DNA of 64,000 bases from Candidatus Saccharimonadota bacterium. Its GTDB lineage: Bacteria > Patescibacteriota > Saccharimonadia > CAILAD01 > BJGX01. Below are positions 28,199 to 35,307 of this stretch, in pieces. The stretch lies in the NCBI GenBank assembly GCA_046350735.1, contig JAXLZU010000001.1, forward strand, positions 574,297 to 638,296. Direction: 5' to 3'. The notes under the pieces are model-generated. The model had not been told where the DNA came from, made no database searches, and saw only the letters and a program-made list of their open reading frames with translations. The position numbers and the translations under genes are program-made. The number at the start of each line of letters is the position of its first letter. The first letter of the stretch is position 1.

Positions 28199-28711
28199 TC
28201 AGTAGTCGAGCTTGCACAGCTCGGGCAGACCCGAGCCGAAGCCGCGCACACCGGCCATGTTGGCCAGCCCTGCCAGCTCGGTGTCGCACGGGCCACCCAT
28301 GAAGGTGGCCAAGCCGGCCTGGCTGCTGACGCCCTGATGCACGCGCGCCGAGGCGCGCATGGCAGGCCTGGGGCCGGGGATGTCGGCGCTGGTGATGACC
28401 GGCAGTGCCACCTTCAGCTTGGCGTTGGCGGCGGGCAGAGGGCCCGGGATGTCGTCGACATCGATGATGCGGCTGTGGCGACCGCCCTCCTGACGGGTCA
28501 GCATCGTGCGGACGTTGACGAGGATGACACCCATGAGGGTGCGCACGTCCTCGGCGACGCTCTCGCCCATGAAGGGCTTGGCGAGGATGACGTAGTCGGG
28601 GTCTCGGGCATCGAGCTCGAAGACGGTCTCGACGCCGTCGATGGTGGCGATGGCCTCGCACAGCGAGAACTCGAAGGTGGCTTCGGTGTAAACGAGCAAT
28701 ACGGTTTCCAT
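28199..28711 (-). CDS. Hypothetical protein encoded by a ~68% GC insert (foreign, actinobacterial-like composition)
   Basis: It is a 170-aa ORF with balanced composition and a perfect AGGAGG SD 6 nt before the ATG. The GC shift coincides exactly with the gene borders. Confidence 0.45.
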   Translation of the reverse strand: METVLLVYTEATFEFSLCEAIATIDGVETVFELDARDPDYVILAKPFMGESVAEDVRTLMGVILVNVRTMLTRQEGGRHSRIIDVDDIPGPLPAANAKLKVALPVITSADIPGPRPAMRASARVHQGVSSQAGLATFMGGPCDTELAGLANMAGVRGFGSGLPELCKLDY

Positions 28712-28810
28712 GTATTACCTCCTGGGGTGCTATCTGATGTATCTCATCAGAATCCGACTTACTATGTTAGCATAAAAAGCATAGAAAGTCAATATTATTA
28801 CGTAGATAAT

Positions 28811-29599
28811 TTAAAGTAATTTGAGTGTAATAAAGCCACTTATGGCAGTAATAATTTGCTGTTGGGCATGTTCTTCAGTAATTTCTGCACTATTATCTCC
28901 TGGTTGAGTCTTGGCAAAACTGCCAAACAGTGTGTGGTTACCTCCCTCTATTACTACAAACTGTGTGTTGGCCGGTAACGAGTTTTTGCTATCGAGAATT
29001 TTTTGTGGCGTCGCTAAGCCGTCTTTGCTAGCAGAGATACTTACTACCGGAATACCAAGCTGGGTAGCATCGCCATTACAATAACTTGCCAACAGTATAA
29101 GACCAGATAGCTTCTGTTGGTGTGATTTAGCATAATCACACGCCGCCACGCCGCCCAAACTATGTCCGGCAACATACCAGTGTGTAATATGGGGGTTTTC
29201 GCGCATAATTCTATCGGCTCGGTTTACATCGAGCAGAGCAAAATGTAGTGGGCTGCGAATAATGAATACCGCAATGCCCTTTTGGGCAAGCTCGGCATAA
29301 CGGGCAATATACGCCGAAGGTTCGGCAAAGGCACCGGGGTAAATTATTACCGCAGAGCTAGCCTGAGTAGCTGTAGGCTCTATAGCGTAGTAACTACCAT
29401 TACTACTTACCTGAATAGCCGGGTTGGTCTGGGCTGCATGTAGTTGCTGGGTATTACTCGGCAAGCTGTGTGTGGCGTTCCACAAAAAATAGCCAATAAA
29501 TAGCAGAGCTACTCCAGCAATAAAAATACCGATAACAATCAGTATTCTCAGCCAGGCGCGAGGCCGAGTGTTGGCTGTAGTGTGTGGGGTAGTCTTCAT
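28811..29599 (-). CDS. Alpha/beta hydrolase (esterase/lipase) with an N-terminal TM anchor
   Basis: It has the YVAGHSLGG nucleophile elbow and an N-terminal TM helix. Confidence 0.7.
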   Translation of the reverse strand: MKTTPHTTANTRPRAWLRILIVIGIFIAGVALLFIGYFLWNATHSLPSNTQQLHAAQTNPAIQVSSNGSYYAIEPTATQASSAVIIYPGAFAEPSAYIARYAELAQKGIAVFIIRSPLHFALLDVNRADRIMRENPHITHWYVAGHSLGGVAACDYAKSHQQKLSGLILLASYCNGDATQLGIPVVSISASKDGLATPQKILDSKNSLPANTQFVVIEGGNHTLFGSFAKTQPGDNSAEITEEHAQQQIITAISGFITLKLL

Positions 29600-29698
29600 A
29601 TACCCTAGTATAACAAAACTGTAATCGTTAGTTTCGAATAATCAACTAAAGTGCTATAATAGGCGCGATCTTGTACCATACCAGCCAGTGGGGGTAAG

Positions 29699-30037
29699 AT
29701 GACGATAGAATATATTCCCCTTGCAGAATGCCAACATGGCGGACTCTACTCTGTACTTTCTCAGCACTTTACTCTAGCAGTCTATAACGAAGAAGATCAG
29801 ACCTTTGTGGGAATTCGCCATAAGCTAGGCAAACATTACTTGTTTAAGATTCATCATATAGATTACGACGAGATGCTCGGCGGTGTATGCCCTATTGCCT
29901 TCCTCGAAAAATGTCCTCTACACGATCTTTCTACTGATCATAGTCGTGGTACTCGTTATGTAGAAAACCACGCCCTAATGGTGTATTTGCAAGATGCACG
30001 AATGCAATATTCTCATTTATTTGCCGGCTCAGAATAA
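29699..30037 (+). CDS. Hypothetical protein (112 aa)
   Basis: It is an ORF with Cys/His residues and no recognised family. It is followed by an imperfect hairpin at 30070..30105. Confidence 0.35.
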   Translation: MTIEYIPLAECQHGGLYSVLSQHFTLAVYNEEDQTFVGIRHKLGKHYLFKIHHIDYDEMLGGVCPIAFLEKCPLHDLSTDHSRGTRYVENHALMVYLQDARMQYSHLFAGSE

Positions 30038-30122
30038 CTTCTGAGCTTTTTATTTTAGTAAGTCTCGACCCCGGCTGGAGGGGATAATACCCCCCTCAGC
30101 CGAGTCTACAAATCAATCGGTA

Positions 30123-30791
30123 CTATGGTAGCGGAATAGTAACAGTATTACTTACTGCATTAATAGCGTTTGTGGCGTCCACTATTGAGTTGCTATTGTT
30201 TGAGTCAGTAGTAGTGTTGTTTGAGTTATTGGTGTTGTGAGAATCTGTCGAGCTTGTTGAACTTACAACACTGCTGGTGGTGGTTGTAGTGGTGTTGTTA
30301 GAATCGCTAGTGTTGTTACTGCCATTACCATTATTACTACCATTACCATTGTTTGCGTTGTGTAGTGAATTATCAGTATTAGTAGTGGTGGTAGTGGTGT
30401 TAAAGCTTCCGCTATAACTGTAGTTATTATTGGTTGTTGTGTTGGTTTCGGTGCTGTTTTGAGTATTGGTGTTAGTGTAATTGCCTGGTAAAACTGAAGC
30501 TAATACACCCAATACTTGGCCATTAAAGGCTAGTGGAGCTCCTGAGCTAGCACCGGCTACTGCAGCTGGACACATACCGCTACCAGTTGCAACTAAAGCA
30601 TAGCCAGCTGGTACTTGATATGATGGATTAGCATTGTTGGTTTGTACAGAGTCAGCTTTGGCCAGACGTGGCACAAGCAATGCAAGAGTAAGTACAAAGG
30701 TTGCAGGCACGGCAAGTGCAAGAGCAGCCATTGTTCCGAATAGTGTTTTTGTGTTTATTTGTAGCGTGACGCTTTGTGATTGTGAACTCAT
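30123..30791 (-). CDS. Secreted or anchored Asn/Thr/Ser-rich low-complexity surface protein
   Basis: It has an N-terminal signal-anchor and a ~50-aa globular part, then long N/T/S/G-rich repeats (NGNGSNNGNGSNN). The DNA shows short tandem repeats around 30290..30360. Confidence 0.5.
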   Translation of the reverse strand: MSSQSQSVTLQINTKTLFGTMAALALAVPATFVLTLALLVPRLAKADSVQTNNANPSYQVPAGYALVATGSGMCPAAVAGASSGAPLAFNGQVLGVLASVLPGNYTNTNTQNSTETNTTTNNNYSYSGSFNTTTTTTNTDNSLHNANNGNGSNNGNGSNNTSDSNNTTTTTTSSVVSSTSSTDSHNTNNSNNTTTDSNNSNSIVDATNAINAVSNTVTIPLP

Positions 30792-30981
30792 TGTATAGTT
30801 CCCCCCTTTTAAATTTATTATATTTGCACGTTACGCCCTTTGTAATTTAGCATGCAAGCATAAGTCTGTTACTTTTTTTAGTGGCCATCTGGCATAATGC
30901 TTATACTAAAAAACTCCGCTTATGTTTACATAGGCTTACAATATATACACACAGCGAAGAATATAAAAACCTAATAAAGAA

Positions 30982-31245
30982 TTATTGAATGTGTTTGGGG
31001 TAAAGATAACTAAGACTTACTACTACAGCTGAGAGACCAACACCAAAGGTGGCACCGCGCCAAAAAGCGTCGGCTGGTGCAAACCAACCCACCAACATGG
31101 CGCACAATCCTACTACTAGTAAGATCCAGCCTGTGGTAACTTGTTTTTTTAGCTTGCCAGTGTGTTTGGTTTTAATTTTGAGGGCCATAGATTCCTTTGT
31201 TTTATTCTTATGTTTAATTTTAACCATAAACGAAATGATTGACAA
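30982..31245 (-). CDS. Small membrane protein (87 aa)
   Basis: It has a Lys-rich N-terminus and two TM helices. Confidence 0.3.
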   Translation of the reverse strand: MSIISFMVKIKHKNKTKESMALKIKTKHTGKLKKQVTTGWILLVVGLCAMLVGWFAPADAFWRGATFGVGLSAVVVSLSYLYPKHIQ

Positions 31246-31259
31246 GTTCTACAAATAAA

Positions 31260-31886
31260 CTATACGGTTTTCTTTTTGAAGACTGGTAAACGCAATATAA
31301 GCGGTATTAGCAAGAAACCAAAGAATGCCATATTGCCTAGCGGAATTATTGCCAAACAAACAAGACCAGCCACAATTAAAAAGACTAGACTACGATTTTG
31401 ACCAGCCCGAATATTGGTCTCACTATATTCGCGATAAAATTCTCTGTGCCGACTAGCATATACGCCCTGAATATAGGTTACCAATGCAAGCAAAAACAGG
31501 TTTAGCGGGTAAAAAATTTGTCCAATTATTAGATTTGGATAGTGACCATTGAGACTCGTAGTAAATGGTATAAGCACCACGATAAAGAGTCGCGCAGTAT
31601 TGAGTACAACTAACGTGTCGTTTACTTTGGTAATATACTCAAACTGGCGCGTATGCACTGACCACATTAGGCCCAAAATAATAAAGCTCAGGGTAAAGCT
31701 GATAAAATTAGATGATAACCCCTTAAGTGCCTCTAATAGCACACCGTCACTAACCACACCGCCAATTTGTGGCACAACCAGATCGAGCACCAATAGCGTC
31801 ATGGCAATAGCAAACACACCGTCAGTAAGATTTTCTATACGACGGGTAGAATACAACTCGCCTTTAGTTTGACTAGGTAATTTCAT
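31260..31886 (-). CDS. TMEM175/DUF1211-family putative K+ channel
   Basis: RIENLTDGVFAIAMTLLVLDL matches the RxxxFSDGVFAIAITLLVL signature helix of DUF1211/TMEM175, and the protein has 6 TM helices. Confidence 0.65.
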   Translation of the reverse strand: MKLPSQTKGELYSTRRIENLTDGVFAIAMTLLVLDLVVPQIGGVVSDGVLLEALKGLSSNFISFTLSFIILGLMWSVHTRQFEYITKVNDTLVVLNTARLFIVVLIPFTTSLNGHYPNLIIGQIFYPLNLFLLALVTYIQGVYASRHREFYREYSETNIRAGQNRSLVFLIVAGLVCLAIIPLGNMAFFGFLLIPLILRLPVFKKKTV

Positions 31887-31925
31887 ACGTAAGCTTTATT
31901 ATAGCAAATTAATTGGCTATAAAAT

Positions 31926-33110
31926 TTGCTACAATATATATCCATGGAGAAATATAGTAAAGACCAGGCTGAGGCACTTACCACCATTGGTCGGTGGCTA
32001 AAAACGCCAGAGCAGCAGTACTTAACTTTGGGTGGATATGCTGGTACTGGCAAAACTACCCTGCTGGCCGCGTTTCGCAAAATTCTCTTCGATAACAATC
32101 CGGACAAGCGTGTGGCCTTTGCAGCTTTTACCGGTAAGGCTGCCCAGGTATTACGTACTAAACTGCAAGACCAAAAAGTATTACAAAAAGCTGATAGTTG
32201 CTCTACTCTACATAGCCTAATGTATTATTCCGAAGGCAAAAAAGATGCCGCACCCCAGTGGCGCAAGCGCGAAACCTTGCCGTACGACATTATCGTGGTA
32301 GATGAAGCTTCGATGGTTTCGGAAGATATCTGGAATGATGTGCTTAGTTTTGGAAAACCGGTTTTAGCAGTAGGTGATCACGGTCAATTACCACCCATTA
32401 ACTCTCAATTTAATCTAATGGCAAACCCAGATATACGGCTCGAGAAAATATGGCGACAAGCAGCCAATAGCCCAATTATTCAAGTAGCCACCATGGCTCG
32501 GCAAACTGGCCAAATACCAGTTGGTGAATATGGTAATGGTGTGCAAAAGCTCTCGCGTTCTTTGCCAGAGACTGGTGATGTTATCGAAGAAATATTGCGT
32601 GGACCAGCCGATGAACGGTTGGTATTGTGTGGATACAATCACACTCGAGTAAAACTGAATACACATATTCGTGAGCTGAAAGAATTTGATAGCCCCGAAC
32701 CGGCTCGGGGTGACACGATAGTATGTTTACGTAACAGTCGTGAGAGTGGTTTGCACAATGGACAGTTAGGCGTAATAGAAGCAATCGTCCCGGCCGAAAA
32801 CGACCCAGAAAATATTTGGTATTATATTGTGGCAAATTTTGATGATTTGCGATTTGAGGGCTATGCACCGCGTGAGCAATTTGGTGCCGCTACTACCCTA
32901 ACTCGTCCACCTCGCCGCGCCAAAAAAGATATTGTGGGGCTGTTTGATTTTGGCTATGCCCTTACGGTACATAAGGCTCAGGGTAGTCAAGCATTAAAGG
33001 TGTTGGTCTTTGAAGAACGCTTTGCCAAAATGAGCGACGACGACTGGCGCCGCTGGCTCTACACCGCCGTAACCCGAGCAGAACAAGAACTCATTATTGT
33101 CGGATATTAA
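31926..33110 (+). CDS. RecD/TraA/PIF1-like SF1 DNA helicase (AAA_30 plus UvrD_C_2)
   Basis: It has Walker A GGYAGTGKTT, VVDEASMV (Walker B/II), AVGDHGQLPPI and the C-terminal YALTVHKAQGSQ. Confidence 0.8.
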   Translation: MLQYISMEKYSKDQAEALTTIGRWLKTPEQQYLTLGGYAGTGKTTLLAAFRKILFDNNPDKRVAFAAFTGKAAQVLRTKLQDQKVLQKADSCSTLHSLMYYSEGKKDAAPQWRKRETLPYDIIVVDEASMVSEDIWNDVLSFGKPVLAVGDHGQLPPINSQFNLMANPDIRLEKIWRQAANSPIIQVATMARQTGQIPVGEYGNGVQKLSRSLPETGDVIEEILRGPADERLVLCGYNHTRVKLNTHIRELKEFDSPEPARGDTIVCLRNSRESGLHNGQLGVIEAIVPAENDPENIWYYIVANFDDLRFEGYAPREQFGAATTLTRPPRRAKKDIVGLFDFGYALTVHKAQGSQALKVLVFEERFAKMSDDDWRRWLYTAVTRAEQELIIVGY

Positions 33111-33114
33111 TCTA

Positions 33115-33621
33115 TTATTTTGTACCGCCAGTTTCGGCAATCTTTACAAATCGTTTGCCATCGCTTAGGTAATAATCCGCAATGTTATAAAGCTCAAACT
33201 CTGGTAAACGAAACCGAGAGGCAATATCGAGAAGTTCACGAAAAGTTGGTGGCTCTGTATCGAGTAGCGAAAACACCAATACCGTAGACACACTATACCG
33301 GCGCCAATGCTTAAACAGTTTGTTTTCGAAAAACACAGCTATTTTATCACTACGTTCCTTGCCCTCTAGCTTGGTAGGTAGATTTATCTGACACATTGCC
33401 TCATCAAAATAACAATCAATCGTGGCTTGGTCTGGCGAAATTATTACAGAGTCAAATCCTATTTCTTTACTGCCGTTAGAGTAGATCATGTCGGGATTTT
33501 CGCTAAAACGCACAAAGCTATAGCCATCGTAGTCATGACAAATCTGTAAAAACTGCTCTATTAGCTGAAATTCACGCTGTTTTTTGTCTTCTGAGAGCGA
33601 GCTGTGTAATGGTGAGTTCAT
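33115..33621 (-). CDS. Hypothetical cytoplasmic protein, translationally coupled to the upstream nuclease
   Basis: It has a 4-nt overlap with the nuclease gene, no signal peptide and no known motif. Confidence 0.4.
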   Translation of the reverse strand: MNSPLHSSLSEDKKQREFQLIEQFLQICHDYDGYSFVRFSENPDMIYSNGSKEIGFDSVIISPDQATIDCYFDEAMCQINLPTKLEGKERSDKIAVFFENKLFKHWRRYSVSTVLVFSLLDTEPPTFRELLDIASRFRLPEFELYNIADYYLSDGKRFVKIAETGGTK

Positions 33622-34184
33622 TGAGTTACCGCCGCCTGCTTCGTATTACCATTGCACGTAGCTGGGCTCCAGAAGCCTTTCTGAGCAGCTTTGGCATCTG
33701 CCTCAGCCATTTTAAACTGGTCCTGATATTTATAGGTCTGCTTGTTATAGGTGTACTCGTGAGCAAAACCATCAGCAATCATTGTTTGATTATACAGCGT
33801 ACCATCAGGCAAGAATACATATCCCAACGTACGACCGTACTTGTCTAATTCGCCTACGAGCGGGTCGGTCTCTATCTTAATATTTTGATTTTCGAGCAAT
33901 TGATGGCCACGGGCACTAGCCTCACGACCAAAACACTGTACAGGTTTGCGTGGGTCTACCACCTCTGGAGTATCCATTCCAATCAGTCGTATGGTTCGTT
34001 TTTGGCCATTCCAATCTACAACTACAGTATCGCCATCATCTACTTTTACGACTCTATATGATCCACTACTAGTACTGCCGGCCTGGCTATGATTACGATA
34101 TATACCTGCGTATATCAGTAATGCACCAATAATAATTGCTAGTAAGCTTAGGCCAAAGGCATTGGCGCTACGCCGTCTACTCAT
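33618..34184 (-). CDS. Membrane-anchored thermonuclease (SNase/micrococcal-nuclease fold)
   Basis: It has an N-terminal TM helix. VVKVDDGDTVVVDWNGQKRTIRLIGMDTPE and GRTLGYVFLPDGTLYNQTMIADGFA are the SNase catalytic-core motifs. Confidence 0.8.
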   Translation of the reverse strand: MSRRRSANAFGLSLLAIIIGALLIYAGIYRNHSQAGSTSSGSYRVVKVDDGDTVVVDWNGQKRTIRLIGMDTPEVVDPRKPVQCFGREASARGHQLLENQNIKIETDPLVGELDKYGRTLGYVFLPDGTLYNQTMIADGFAHEYTYNKQTYKYQDQFKMAEADAKAAQKGFWSPATCNGNTKQAAVTQ

Positions 34185-35304
34185 ATACTTCTTTGCTTCC
34201 TACGGTTAACGTGCGGCGCCGTGCATACACACTTTCTAAAATACCTACCGAAACAAGAGAAATAAGCATACTCGTCCCACCAGCCGAGATAAACGGCAAT
34301 GGAATACCGGTAACTGGTAAGATGCCTATGTTCATGCCAATATTAATAACTACATGAAACGCAAACATGGTGGCTATACCGATAGCCAAAAAAGTACCAA
34401 ATCTATCAGAAGCATTTTTGGCTATCCACAACGCACGAATTACCAGTACACAATACAAGGCAATACAAACTATTGCACCCATAAAGCCAAGTTTTTCTGA
34501 TAATACTGCAAAGATAAAGTCTGTATGCTGTGAGGGCAAGAAATTACCTTGCGATTGCGACCCAGAGCTAAGACCTTGGCCAAACAACCCACCCGAGCCC
34601 ACAGCGATAATAGCTTGATTAACATTATACCCCGTCCCCGTTGGGTTGGCCGTTGGCTCAAAAAACGTGGTAATTCTCTGTCGCTGATATGGGGCCAGAT
34701 GTGGCAACAAAAGTGGAATTGCAACTATAAAGGCTACTGCGCCGGCTACGAAGTATCGCTTTTTAATACGCGAACACATTGCCATAGCTAGCCAGATAAC
34801 AGTCAACACCATTCCTGTACCAAGGTCGGGCTGGGCTACTACCAAAATAAGTGGCGGTAGTAGATATAAAATAGAATATATTAGGTACTTAAACTTATCA
34901 CTCTGGTCGTAATTAACTGAGAAGAATTTTGCCAAAACAATCGTTAGGGCCAGCTTGGCAAACTCTGAAGGTTGAAACTGAAAAAACCCGAGATTTATCC
35001 AGCGAGTGGCACCAAGGCGAGTAGCCCCAAAAATCTCAACAATTAATAGCAGTACTACCATTACAATATAAATAACACGGCTATAATTTTTGAGAATAGA
35101 ATAATCAGACCTTGCAAATAACCAAAGTAGGCCAAACCCAACTACTACATAGAGTATTTGCTTGCTAGTATCGAGCTGGTTACCTCCGGCATTTTGTATT
35201 CCCGAAGAATACAGAATCAGCAACCCTAACGCCGCTAACAAGCCGGTGGCTGCTAATAATATTAAATCGGTCTTGCGAAATTGAAATCGCAGGCGATTCT
35301 GCAT
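34177..35304 (-). CDS. SEDS-family peptidoglycan glycosyltransferase (FtsW/RodA)
   Basis: It is a polytopic 375-aa protein with the conserved C-terminal PLPFISAGGTSM. Confidence 0.85.
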   Translation of the reverse strand: MQNRLRFQFRKTDLILLAATGLLAALGLLILYSSGIQNAGGNQLDTSKQILYVVVGFGLLWLFARSDYSILKNYSRVIYIVMVVLLLIVEIFGATRLGATRWINLGFFQFQPSEFAKLALTIVLAKFFSVNYDQSDKFKYLIYSILYLLPPLILVVAQPDLGTGMVLTVIWLAMAMCSRIKKRYFVAGAVAFIVAIPLLLPHLAPYQRQRITTFFEPTANPTGTGYNVNQAIIAVGSGGLFGQGLSSGSQSQGNFLPSQHTDFIFAVLSEKLGFMGAIVCIALYCVLVIRALWIAKNASDRFGTFLAIGIATMFAFHVVINIGMNIGILPVTGIPLPFISAGGTSMLISLVSVGILESVYARRRTLTVGSKEVYE

Positions 35305-35307
35305 GTG

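Noticed and set aside
27966-28661. A 231-aa Arg/His/Pro-rich minus-strand ORF and the 160-aa plus-strand ORF 28337..28819 across the high-GC insert
   Set aside because: High-GC DNA is open in most frames. Both have extreme, repetitive composition (RRRR, HRHH or Gly/Asp runs). Only the 28199..28711 frame has a balanced composition and a perfect SD.
28120-28720. Dismissing the GC-rich segments (28120..28720 and 57469..58008) as pure assembly artefacts
   Set aside because: This cannot be confirmed or excluded from sequence alone. The exact coincidence of GC borders with gene borders, the functional RBS and the flanking hairpins argue for genuine integrated genes, so they are reported as findings with chimera as the stated alternative.
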